Source: an uncultured Candidatus Saccharibacteria bacterium
GTDB taxonomy: Bacteria > Patescibacteriota > WWE3 > UBA101185 > UBA10185
Length of the DNA stretch: 64,000 nucleotides
Direction of reading: 5' to 3'
NCBI GenBank assembly: GCA_964385105.1
Contig: CAYLMU010000001.1
Coordinates: 369,936-433,935 of the forward strand
Shown here in pieces: positions 11,432-20,718 of this stretch. A program made the translations under genes and the position numbers. How positions within the stretch are numbered: the stretch's first letter is position 1; each line of letters opens with the position of its first letter. Below the pieces are notes generated by a model. That model was not told the DNA's origin and made no database searches. It saw nothing but the letters and a program-made list of their open reading frames with translations.

Positions 11432-11460
11432 TTTACAAACCCGAATATTCCCCGTAAAAT
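11432..11460 (+). promoter_or_regulatory. uvrA promoter TTTACA-N17-TAAAAT with LexA box CCGAA-N6-CCGTA (11441-11456) in the spacer
   Basis: Canonical -35/-10 spacing; box overlaps the -10. Confidence 0.75.
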
Positions 11461-11468
11461 GATGGGGT

Positions 11469-14444
11469 ATGTCATCAGCACTCGACCATATAATTGTTAA
11501 GGGAGCCAGAGAGCATAACCTTAAAAATATAGATTTAGAAATTCCAAAAAATAAGTTTGTGGTGTTTACCGGTGTATCCGGTTCGGGCAAGTCTTCATTT
11601 GCCATGGACACGATTTATGCCGAAGGGCAAAGACGTTATGTTGAAAGTTTATCAGCGTATGCCAGACAATTTTTAGGTGTAATGGGCAAACCTGATGTTG
11701 ACAGTATTGAAGGTCTTTCTCCCGCAATAGCAATAGACCAAAAAACAACATCCAAGAATCCCAGGTCGACCGTTGGAACTATTACCGAAGTATATGATTT
11801 TTTAAGGTTGTTGTATGCACGAGCAGGTCATCCTTATTGTCCTCAATGCGGCAGAGAAATAAGCCGACAAAGTTCTGAGCAAATACTTCATTCCATAATT
11901 GAAATTATAAAATCCGACCCTGATTATAAATCACATCGGGGAGTCAGATTTATTTTAATGTCGCCTATTGTTAAAGATAGAAAAGGCGAGTATTCACAAT
12001 TATTATCAAATTTAAAAAAGCAAGGAATAGCCAGAGCCAGAATTGACGGTACAATAAGAAATTTAAATGATTCACTTCACTTGATTAAAACTAATAAACA
12101 CAGCATTGACGCAATTATAAGCAGACAAATAATAAATCATAAAAAACTTGAAGATGAAGAAGAACGAAAGCAACTTGAAAGCACTTTATATCAAAATATT
12201 GAAACCGCTTTAAAAATGAGTAATGGTAATGTAACTTTATCTATTGTTAAAGACAATGATTTTGATTTTGCATCCGATCCCAAAGACTTGGTAGATCATT
12301 TGTTTTCTGAGAATTTTGCCTGCCCTGAATGTAATATTTCTTTGCAGGACTTGGAACCAAGAAGTTTTTCATTTAATTCACCTCATGGAGCTTGCCCTGA
12401 ATGTGACGGGTTGGGAACTCAGCTAAATGTAAGTGAAGAATTAATTTTAAACAAAAACTTTTCGATTGCAGAGGGTGGGATATTGCCGTGGAATAAACTT
12501 TTTGAACGTGATTCCTGGATGTCAAAAGTGATTGGGGCTGTAGCAGATGAGCATGGACTTCCTTTAAACACACCGATTAAAGATTTGAGTGAGAAACATT
12601 TGAACTTGGTACTTTATGGGCCTGAAAATAAAGAAAGAAAATATACTATTCGTTATAAAACCAGAAGTGGTGCTGTTAATACCTATGAAGCATCATATGA
12701 AGGGGTTATTCCTAATTTGTTAAGAAGACACAAAGAAACAAAGTCAGATTATATTAGGCGTGAGATTGAAAAATATATGATTCAGGAGAATTGCCCTAAA
12801 TGTCACGGAACAAGATTAAAAGACGAATCTCTAGCTGTGGTTGTAGACGGTAAAAATATATGGGAAGTAACCGATTACTCAATTGAGGAGTTTTGGGCAT
12901 GGTCAAAAGTTCTTAACGAAAAATTAAGTGAAAGGGAACGCATAATATCAGAGCCGATTATGAAAGAGATAAACTATAGAATTAAGTTTTTGCTTGATGT
13001 TGGTTTAAGTTATTTAAGTTTAAGCCGTGCGTCTGCACATTTATCTGGTGGGGAGGCACAAAGAATAAGACTAGCATCACAGATCGGCTCAGGATTGTCG
13101 GGAGTTTTGTATGTACTTGATGAACCCTCGATTGGGCTTCATCAGCGTGACCAAGGAAGATTAATTGAAACCTTAAAACATCTAAGAGATTTAGGAAACA
13201 CGGTCGTAGTTGTTGAACATGACATGGAAACAATGCTTGAAAGTGACTTTATTGTGGACTTTGGCCCCGGTGCCGGAGAACATGGTGGCGAGGTTATTGC
13301 CAGAGGTACTCCCGATGAAATAAAAAAAGATTCTGATTCAATAACCGGAAAGTATTTGTCGGGCAAGAAGAAAGTTGGACATGACATAACGCCGAAAAAA
13401 ATAGATTTACATGATGAAGAAAACGGTAAAGTGAAAGAAAAAATTAAAAATCAATCAATAATGCTATATGGTGCAAAAGGAAGAAATTTGAAAAATATTG
13501 ATGTTGAATTGCCTCTTGGGAAATTTATTTGTGTTACGGGTGTTTCAGGTTCGGGAAAATCAACATTGATAATGGATACTTTTTATACAGCACTAAGACA
13601 GGAATTTGGATTAAAAATTGAGCAAAGACCGGAACCACACGATGGATTAATAGGGCTTGAATATATAGATAAAATTATTGCCATTGACCAAACACCAATC
13701 GGAAGAACCCCCAAATCAAACCCTGCAACATACACAAAGGCATTTGACGGAATTAGAGAATTATTTGCCAAAACGGAAGACGCAAGAGTTAGAGGGTATA
13801 AAGCAGGTAGGTTTAGTTTTAATGTTAAAGGAGGAAGATGCGAAGCATGTGGTGGTCAGGGGCAGATTCAAATAGAAATGCAGTTTATGCCTGATGTATT
13901 CATAAATTGTGAGGTATGTGAAGGTAAAAGATATAATCGTGAGGCTTTGGAAATTATGTACAAAGGCAAAAACATAAGTGATGTGCTGGATATGACTGTA
14001 GAAGAAGCACTTGAATTTTTTAAAAATGTACCGTCAATACACCGAAAGCTTGAAACACTTTATGACGTTGGTCTGGGATATATTAGGCTTGGACAGCCTG
14101 CACCCACACTTTCAGGTGGAGAGGCGCAAAGGGTTAAACTTGCACTTGAACTCTCAAAACAGGCAAGAGGTAGTACTTTATACATATTGGATGAGCCTAC
14201 AACAGGACTTCATTTTAAAGATCTTGAAAGGTTAATAGCTATTATAAAAAGACTAAAAGCAAAAGGTAATACTGTGTTGGTTATTGAACACAATCTTGAT
14301 GTTATTGCCAATGCAGAATGGATTATTGATTTTGGCCCCGAAGGCGGCGACGCAGGAGGTCAAGTGGTTTTTTCCGGGCCACTGGACGAGCTATTAAAAG
14401 TAGAAAACTCATACACAGCCCAGTCGCTAAGAGAGTTAAGCTGA
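11469..14444 (+). CDS. uvrA: Excinuclease ABC subunit A
   Basis: Two ABC cassettes (GVSGSGKS, LSGGEAQR), several CxxC zinc modules. Confidence 0.97.
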   Translation: MSSALDHIIVKGAREHNLKNIDLEIPKNKFVVFTGVSGSGKSSFAMDTIYAEGQRRYVESLSAYARQFLGVMGKPDVDSIEGLSPAIAIDQKTTSKNPRSTVGTITEVYDFLRLLYARAGHPYCPQCGREISRQSSEQILHSIIEIIKSDPDYKSHRGVRFILMSPIVKDRKGEYSQLLSNLKKQGIARARIDGTIRNLNDSLHLIKTNKHSIDAIISRQIINHKKLEDEEERKQLESTLYQNIETALKMSNGNVTLSIVKDNDFDFASDPKDLVDHLFSENFACPECNISLQDLEPRSFSFNSPHGACPECDGLGTQLNVSEELILNKNFSIAEGGILPWNKLFERDSWMSKVIGAVADEHGLPLNTPIKDLSEKHLNLVLYGPENKERKYTIRYKTRSGAVNTYEASYEGVIPNLLRRHKETKSDYIRREIEKYMIQENCPKCHGTRLKDESLAVVVDGKNIWEVTDYSIEEFWAWSKVLNEKLSERERIISEPIMKEINYRIKFLLDVGLSYLSLSRASAHLSGGEAQRIRLASQIGSGLSGVLYVLDEPSIGLHQRDQGRLIETLKHLRDLGNTVVVVEHDMETMLESDFIVDFGPGAGEHGGEVIARGTPDEIKKDSDSITGKYLSGKKKVGHDITPKKIDLHDEENGKVKEKIKNQSIMLYGAKGRNLKNIDVELPLGKFICVTGVSGSGKSTLIMDTFYTALRQEFGLKIEQRPEPHDGLIGLEYIDKIIAIDQTPIGRTPKSNPATYTKAFDGIRELFAKTEDARVRGYKAGRFSFNVKGGRCEACGGQGQIQIEMQFMPDVFINCEVCEGKRYNREALEIMYKGKNISDVLDMTVEEALEFFKNVPSIHRKLETLYDVGLGYIRLGQPAPTLSGGEAQRVKLALELSKQARGSTLYILDEPTTGLHFKDLERLIAIIKRLKAKGNTVLVIEHNLDVIANAEWIIDFGPEGGDAGGQVVFSGPLDELLKVENSYTAQSLRELS

Positions 14445-16212
14445 CATAGAATAATTCTTTAGACTCAGAAGATTTTGATTTTTTAACGGTTATGGTATCA
14501 ATATTAAACGGTGTTGCATTATTTGTAGCATCTCTTATTAGTATGACGGATTCACCTTTGTTCAAATATATGTACTTATTTTCACCAGGAAGTACCGGAA
14601 CTCTTGCACCGTTATCGTTGTAGTAAATTACTGAGAGCCCCCCATTGTGTAAATTGTATCTATTTTGCTGATTTAAAACTTTAACTGGATTAAAGTTAAA
14701 AATTTCTCTCAGTTCGGGTCTTGGTAAAAAGTCACTTTCACTTACTTTTTGTGAAAAATCAACTTCTACCTGTTTTTCATTACCGTCTAATTTGTATGTA
14801 CCCGCAGGGAATGGAAATTCGGAATCAAGACCTTTTATTGAGAATGCAAAGTGATTAGTATCAAGTTTAGTGAAATAATCGATTCCTGAAGTTGCACCCC
14901 ACGTTGGATCAACAGGTACCCATCCGAACTCCGTGTCATAAAATTCAGCCCATGAGTGTAGCTGATCTCCGCCTTGCAAACTAATGGATATTGGAGTTTT
15001 TGTATTCCCTTCACTTACAAAGGCATATCCATTAATTTCTCTGGCAGGTATACCCATTGCTCTTACAATCGAAATAAACAAGTCAGTAAATTCCATGCAC
15101 CCGTTTTTTAATTTAGGAGATTTTAAGGCTTCCAAGGCGCCCTTTCTTTCAACATATGGTTCATTCAAAATATCAAAGTCATAAGTTAAATTATTTATTA
15201 CAAAACTGTATGCATTTTGAGCATTTTCGGCAGCACTTATTTGCGGGTCAAAAAGCTTTGTAGCAATCTCTTTAATTTGCGGATTATTAACTTCCCAGTA
15301 TTTATCTTCATTTGTATATTTTTTAATTAAGTCTGCTGGAATTTGTTCTTTTTTTACACCATAATGGGGTTTTATCTGCTGACCCAAAATTCTTGCAGTA
15401 CCTATGGCCGTTACTTCAATTTGTTCCTTGCCTTTTAAACGGTAAACTGCAATTGTGTTGCCATCTTGATCTGTTTTTAATGAGTGTGGTTTTGGTTCTA
15501 AACTTTTGTATGCAACCTGTTGAACATTTACCATGTCGGGGGGTAGAGCTATTTCTTGAGATGAGGTAAAGTATGATGGATTCTGGAGTGAATATTTAAG
15601 TTTAAAATTTAGCACCTGATACTCACCAAAGGATGCAGTTAAACCGGTATCTTTTAGTGTTTCCATGTCAAATTTGTAAAAAATTTCATTAACTTCTTCT
15701 ATTTTTTCAGTCGGGCTTGGGGATACAAATTTTTCAGGACCGAAACCCGCAGGTATAGAAAGAACCACATTGTATGAAGTAGTTGACGGAAGCATTGTTA
15801 CTTTTGGAATAGTGACGCTCCACACTTCGCCTACTTTTGAGGTCAAATCCATGGTTTTATAATTAATTGTAAATTGGGTCTTTTTACCCTGGCCAATGAC
15901 ATTCCGATCAAAAATTACCTTAATGGTGGTACTGTCAGTTGTTTCATTTACTTCTGTTTGCAACGGAGCTTTTTGTGCCGATTCAGCCGTGATGTCATGA
16001 ATTGCCATTTGATTTACGGTTAGATAGTAATTTGTGGCAACAACATCACTTTCCTGGTTTGTTATTGTGATATCTTGTGTAACTTCTGTAATTCCGTCTG
16101 GCAGAACCTTATATAAAATAGAATAATCCGCCGAAAATTGTTCTTGTGCATATAAACCGCGGGGTAATACACTAATTAACAATGCTGTAATAACGTAAAT
16201 TAGTTTTCTCAC
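14323..16212 (-). CDS. Secreted, membrane-anchored transglutaminase-like protein (start probably GTG at 16212; ORF track extends to 16302)
   Basis: Signal peptide; triad GCMEF / HSWAEFY / VDPTW; C-terminal TM; -10 TATCAT 6 nt before the GTG. Confidence 0.8.
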   Translation of the reverse strand: MRKLIYVITALLISVLPRGLYAQEQFSADYSILYKVLPDGITEVTQDITITNQESDVVATNYYLTVNQMAIHDITAESAQKAPLQTEVNETTDSTTIKVIFDRNVIGQGKKTQFTINYKTMDLTSKVGEVWSVTIPKVTMLPSTTSYNVVLSIPAGFGPEKFVSPSPTEKIEEVNEIFYKFDMETLKDTGLTASFGEYQVLNFKLKYSLQNPSYFTSSQEIALPPDMVNVQQVAYKSLEPKPHSLKTDQDGNTIAVYRLKGKEQIEVTAIGTARILGQQIKPHYGVKKEQIPADLIKKYTNEDKYWEVNNPQIKEIATKLFDPQISAAENAQNAYSFVINNLTYDFDILNEPYVERKGALEALKSPKLKNGCMEFTDLFISIVRAMGIPAREINGYAFVSEGNTKTPISISLQGGDQLHSWAEFYDTEFGWVPVDPTWGATSGIDYFTKLDTNHFAFSIKGLDSEFPFPAGTYKLDGNEKQVEVDFSQKVSESDFLPRPELREIFNFNPVKVLNQQNRYNLHNGGLSVIYYNDNGARVPVLPGENKYIYLNKGESVILIRDATNNATPFNIDTITVKKSKSSESKELFYVSLTLLATGLCMSFLLLIARPVARKKPLDLLRRRLRGQNQ

Positions 16213-16262
16213 AAGACCATGATACAACATTTCTAATTTTAAGGTGATAAAATGCGAATGAT

Positions 16263-17606
16263 ATGAGAAGTATGTTAATGAAAAAAGTAAATAATCTTCC
16301 AAAAAGCTCCGGGATATATAAATTCATCAATAGTGAGGGTGTTGTAATTTATATTGGCAAAGCTAAAAACTTAAAATCCAGGGTTAATTCGTACTTTAAT
16401 ACAGGTATAGACAAACTCTCAAAAACTGGCATTTTGGTGAGCCAAATTGCCGACCTTGAATATATTGAAACAATATCAGAGCTTGAGGCACTTATACTTG
16501 AGGCGGAGTTAATTAAAAAGCATCGTCCAAAATATAATATCGTTCTTAAAGATGACAAGTCATACTTGTATATTGTTATTAGAAACGAAAAGGTGGAAAT
16601 AAACGGCAAAAAAGTAAAATTGCCTAAAATATTATCTGTTAGAGCAACCGATGTTTATGAAGATGACATTGTTTTTGGCCCATACCCTAATACAAATACT
16701 GCAAGATATATTTTAAGAACTATAAGAAGAATTTTTCCGTACAGAGATTGCAGTGTTTCCAAGTTTAATAGGTACAAGCGTATTAATAGGCCTTGTTTAT
16801 ATGGTTACATAGGAGTTTGTCAGGCTCCGTGTGTTGGCAGAATTACTCCGCAAAAATATCGAACCGAAATAAAAAGAATTGAAAGTCTCTTGTCAGGTGA
16901 AAGTTCAAAGATTACCTGGGATCTTGAGCGAAAAATGAAAGCTGCATCAAAAAATCAGGATTTTGAAAAAGCTGCGTGGTACAGAGATATTTTGGAAAAA
17001 TTTAAATACGTAAGAAATACAACACGTTCGCCTGAATCATACATAGAAAATCCTTATTTAGTACAGGATATTCGTGAGAAATCGTTACAGGAGTTAAGTG
17101 ACAATATTGAAATTTTATCTGATATACCAGAGAGAATAGAATGTTATGATATTTCAAATTTATCAGGAACTGATGCAGTGGGGTCAATGGTAGTGGCGCT
17201 TGACGGTGTAATTCAAAATAGTGAATATCGACGATTTAAAATTAAAAGAAAAAAAACTCCGGATGATTTTGATATGATGAATGAAGTTTTGGGTAGGCGC
17301 TTAAAGCGTGAAATATCTACCGTTCACAAAGTAAAAAAGTGGGGCATGCCGGATTTAATTGTTGTGGACGGAGGAAAAGGTCAGGTTTCTGCGGCAATTA
17401 AAGTATTAGACAAGCTGAACTTAAACATTCCGGTTATAGGTTTGGCAAAAAAACATGAGATTATTGTTTATTTTTATAATGAGGAGTTTGTTGAGCTTGA
17501 GTTGCCCCGAGATAATGAAGGGCTTAAACTATTACAGCGATTACGGAACGAAGCACATAGATTTGCCCAAGCCTATCATCATAAGCTAAGATTAAACAGA
17601 ATATGA
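16263..17606 (+). CDS. uvrC: Excinuclease ABC subunit C, short form lacking the C-terminal (HhH)2 domain
   Basis: GIY-YIG (GIYKF..IYIGKAKNLKSRV), Cys cluster, UVR domain, RNase H-like domain (ECYDISN, DGGKGQ, RNEAHRFA). Confidence 0.9.
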   Translation: MRSMLMKKVNNLPKSSGIYKFINSEGVVIYIGKAKNLKSRVNSYFNTGIDKLSKTGILVSQIADLEYIETISELEALILEAELIKKHRPKYNIVLKDDKSYLYIVIRNEKVEINGKKVKLPKILSVRATDVYEDDIVFGPYPNTNTARYILRTIRRIFPYRDCSVSKFNRYKRINRPCLYGYIGVCQAPCVGRITPQKYRTEIKRIESLLSGESSKITWDLERKMKAASKNQDFEKAAWYRDILEKFKYVRNTTRSPESYIENPYLVQDIREKSLQELSDNIEILSDIPERIECYDISNLSGTDAVGSMVVALDGVIQNSEYRRFKIKRKKTPDDFDMMNEVLGRRLKREISTVHKVKKWGMPDLIVVDGGKGQVSAAIKVLDKLNLNIPVIGLAKKHEIIVYFYNEEFVELELPRDNEGLKLLQRLRNEAHRFAQAYHHKLRLNRI

Positions 17607-18037
17607 AAACACTGCTCAGAACATTTGTTTTTTCTTTTCTTGCCCTTTATTTCACCAGGTTAATTGTTGATAGTATGGTTTTTGGCGGAAATTATAATAT
17701 TACTCTTTTATTAGTTTTGTTGGCACTTACTTTATTGAATTTGTTTCTTGAACCCATACTCAAAATTGTTTCGCTCCCTCAACGAGGGCTGGCGGGTCTT
17801 TTTTTAAGATTTATGCTAACAGCTTTAATTTTTTTTGTATTATCGTATATGCTGCCAACATTTAAAGTAGTTTCTGCAGAGGTATCGGAGTTGATAATAT
17901 TGGGAATTGTGCTACCATCTAAGAGTCTGTCTAAAGCCTGGTCTTTGGTGTATTCAGCATTGTTATTTACTGTTATTTACAGTTTTTTTATGTGGGTAAC
18001 CAAAGGAAAAATTAAAACAAAGGGCAAAAAGAAATGA
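17603..18037 (+). CDS. 4-TM membrane protein, phage-holin-like (YvlD-type) family
   Basis: Four hydrophobic segments; LNLFLEPILKIVSLP motif. Confidence 0.6.
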   Translation: MKTLLRTFVFSFLALYFTRLIVDSMVFGGNYNITLLLVLLALTLLNLFLEPILKIVSLPQRGLAGLFLRFMLTALIFFVLSYMLPTFKVVSAEVSELIILGIVLPSKSLSKAWSLVYSALLFTVIYSFFMWVTKGKIKTKGKKK

Positions 18038-18258
18038 GCTTATTATACGTTTCAAAGATAATTCAAATAGTTGTGTCCGTAGTTTTGGTTTTATTGGTTT
18101 TAATCCAAGGAAAAGGCGGGGGATTGTCTAGTTCGGTTGGAGGTTCGATTACTTTTTACAGGTCAAAAAGAGGAATTGAAAAAACCGTATTTATTTTAAC
18201 TATAGTATTGGGTATAGCTTTAATTGTAAACTCGCTGTTCATACTATATTTAAGCTAA
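18034..18258 (+). CDS. secG: Preprotein translocase subunit SecG
   Basis: Two TM helices; LIQGKGGGLSS..GG....SKRGIEK. Confidence 0.9.
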   Translation: MSLLYVSKIIQIVVSVVLVLLVLIQGKGGGLSSSVGGSITFYRSKRGIEKTVFILTIVLGIALIVNSLFILYLS

Positions 18259-19598
18259 TGGCTTCTATTCAAATACAGGGCGGGATTCCATTAAACGGTT
18301 CCGTAAAAATATCAGGCGCAAAAAATTCAGCACTTAAATTATTGCATGCTTGCATGTTTTCTAATGATGATGTGATTTTAAATAATGTTCCTCGTATAAA
18401 AAACATTGAAGTTGACATGGAAATTTTAAAATCAATCGGAGGTACGGCTGAATGGCTTGGTAGTAATAGGATTAGATTAAACGGTTCAGGCATTGAGTCT
18501 TATGAAGTTCCTTATGAGCTTGGGTCTAAATATAGAACAGCATCGCTACTGGCAGCTCCGCTTGTGTACAGATTTGGTAAGGCAAAAATTCCATTACCGG
18601 GCGGGTGCAAAATAGGATACAGACCAATAAATCGCTGGATTGAGACGTGGAAAATATTGGGGATGAAAGTTACTGAAGATGACAACTTTGTTTATATTGA
18701 AGCCGAAAGACCTGTGGGTAATGATGTAAATTTTAAAATAAACACACATTCAGGAACTGATAATGCTATTTTATCTGCTGTTTTTGCTGAGGGTGAAACT
18801 ACCATATATAACGCGGCCGAAGAACCCGAAGTTGATGATTTAATTAATTTATTCAATTCAATGGGCGCCGAAATTAAGAGAATTGAGCCAAGAATTATAA
18901 AAATAACTGGAACAAAGCATTTTCACGGCACAGAGTTTACGGTTCAACCTGACAGGTCAGAAGTAGTTACTTATGCTATAGCTGCTTTAATGACAAAAGG
19001 CAATGTCACGATTTCAGGAGTCGAAAAAGCAACTTTATTGGCTTTTACAAGTGTTTTAAGCAAGATAGGTGGAAAATTTGAATTTAACGGAGATGAAATG
19101 AAAGTTTGGTATCAGGGTGATAGCTTTGAACCTGTAAACGTGACAACAGCTCCGGCTCCCGGCTTTATGACAGATTGGCAACCATTAATTACTCTATTAT
19201 TAACACAAGCTGAAGGCGTAAGTTATGTGCATGACACGGTTTACACCGACCGATTCGGGTATACAAAAGATTTAAACAGGATGGGAGCAAATATTGAATT
19301 AATCAAACCTTCAGATTTAAATGTTGACCTTGTAATTAGCGATGATTCATACGATTTGGAAAAATTGGGAGAACCCAAAACAATAGCAAAAATAACCGGT
19401 AAAACAGATCTGACTGGCGCGCAGTTAAAAATACCGGATTTAAGAGCAGGTGCAACTCTTGTTATTGCCGCACTCTCAGCCGACGGTGTAAGCGAATTGA
19501 CCGGATATGAACATGTAGTTAGAGGTTACGAAAACTTTGCCGATAAATTAACAAAACTTGGTGCCGTTATTGAAGTTTTAGACGATGAATCTAAATAG
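18258..19598 (+). CDS. murA: UDP-N-acetylglucosamine 1-carboxyvinyltransferase
   Basis: SGAKNSAL, LPGGCKIGYRP (catalytic Cys), NAAEEPEV, PGFMTDWQ, PDLRAG, RGYE. Confidence 0.92.
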   Translation: MASIQIQGGIPLNGSVKISGAKNSALKLLHACMFSNDDVILNNVPRIKNIEVDMEILKSIGGTAEWLGSNRIRLNGSGIESYEVPYELGSKYRTASLLAAPLVYRFGKAKIPLPGGCKIGYRPINRWIETWKILGMKVTEDDNFVYIEAERPVGNDVNFKINTHSGTDNAILSAVFAEGETTIYNAAEEPEVDDLINLFNSMGAEIKRIEPRIIKITGTKHFHGTEFTVQPDRSEVVTYAIAALMTKGNVTISGVEKATLLAFTSVLSKIGGKFEFNGDEMKVWYQGDSFEPVNVTTAPAPGFMTDWQPLITLLLTQAEGVSYVHDTVYTDRFGYTKDLNRMGANIELIKPSDLNVDLVISDDSYDLEKLGEPKTIAKITGKTDLTGAQLKIPDLRAGATLVIAALSADGVSELTGYEHVVRGYENFADKLTKLGAVIEVLDDESK

Positions 19599-19615
19599 TT
19601 TGATATACTTTAGTT

Positions 19616-20707
19616 ATGCTTAATCAGCTCCTTTACTTTTTTATTACCTGTACAGTAACATTTGCGCTTTACCCGATATGGATTAATTTTGTTTATAAAT
19701 TTCAGATGCGCGAAAAAATTCGTACTGAAGGACCTGAAACTCACTTAAAAAAACAAGGAACTCCAACAATGGGAGGTTTTGTATTTATTTTTACGGTGTC
19801 TGTTATAACATTATTATTTAACCGTTCGCGAACTCAAACCTTATTACCTGTTTTAATTGCTTCTATGGCAGGATTGTTTGGTATTTTAGAAGATTTTTCA
19901 AAAGTTTACAAAACGTCTGATTTAAGGGAAATTTTAAGATTGCGCAGAAGAACTAGCAAAGTATTAGACCCGGCTTATAAAGTAACACGGAACATTCCGG
20001 TAATTTCTGCTGTGTGGAAGGGTTTTAAAGAACTTTCAAGAATTGTGGGCAGTTCTTCGGGGCGGGGAATTCAAACTTACCAAAAATTTCTTATTCAATG
20101 GATTATTGCAGGTTTTGTATCATATTGGACATATTTTAAGTTGGGCTGGGATTATATATGGTTTCCTTTAATCGGCAATGTTCATATAGGGTGGCTGTAT
20201 CCCATTTTTATTTTTATATTATTTTTGACGGTATTGAATTTTGTAGCATTTACCGACGGTTTGGACGGTTTAGCCGGAGGATTGGCTATAATTACGTTTG
20301 CAGCCTATTGGGTTTTAGCTTCTCAACTTGGGTATAATTCACTGGCACTATTGGCAGCAACATTTGTAGGTGCTTTATTGCCATTTTTATATTTTAATGT
20401 TCATCCCGCGCGAATATTTATGGGAGATGTGGGATCGCACGTTTTAGGAGCTTCATTAGGACTTTTTGCCGTAGTTATGCATCGTGAGGTTGCACTTTTG
20501 GCAATTTTAGCAGTATTTTTAGCAGACGGTATTTCAAGCCCATTACAGCAATTATCAGTAAAATTAACAAAAAAAAGGTTATTTAGAATGGCGCCTTTGC
20601 ATCATCATTTTGAAATGCTTGGATGGCCTGAAACAAAAGTAACTTTAAGATTCTGGATTTTTGGTGCCTGGTTTGCACTCCTAGGAATTTTTATTGCCTT
20701 GTTGTAA
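19616..20707 (+). CDS. mraY: Phospho-MurNAc-pentapeptide transferase
   Basis: KQGTPTMGG, TDGLDGLA, FMGDVGS, MAPLHHHFE. Confidence 0.92.
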   Translation: MLNQLLYFFITCTVTFALYPIWINFVYKFQMREKIRTEGPETHLKKQGTPTMGGFVFIFTVSVITLLFNRSRTQTLLPVLIASMAGLFGILEDFSKVYKTSDLREILRLRRRTSKVLDPAYKVTRNIPVISAVWKGFKELSRIVGSSSGRGIQTYQKFLIQWIIAGFVSYWTYFKLGWDYIWFPLIGNVHIGWLYPIFIFILFLTVLNFVAFTDGLDGLAGGLAIITFAAYWVLASQLGYNSLALLAATFVGALLPFLYFNVHPARIFMGDVGSHVLGASLGLFAVVMHREVALLAILAVFLADGISSPLQQLSVKLTKKRLFRMAPLHHHFEMLGWPETKVTLRFWIFGAWFALLGIFIALL

Positions 20708-20718
20708 CATAAATTTGC

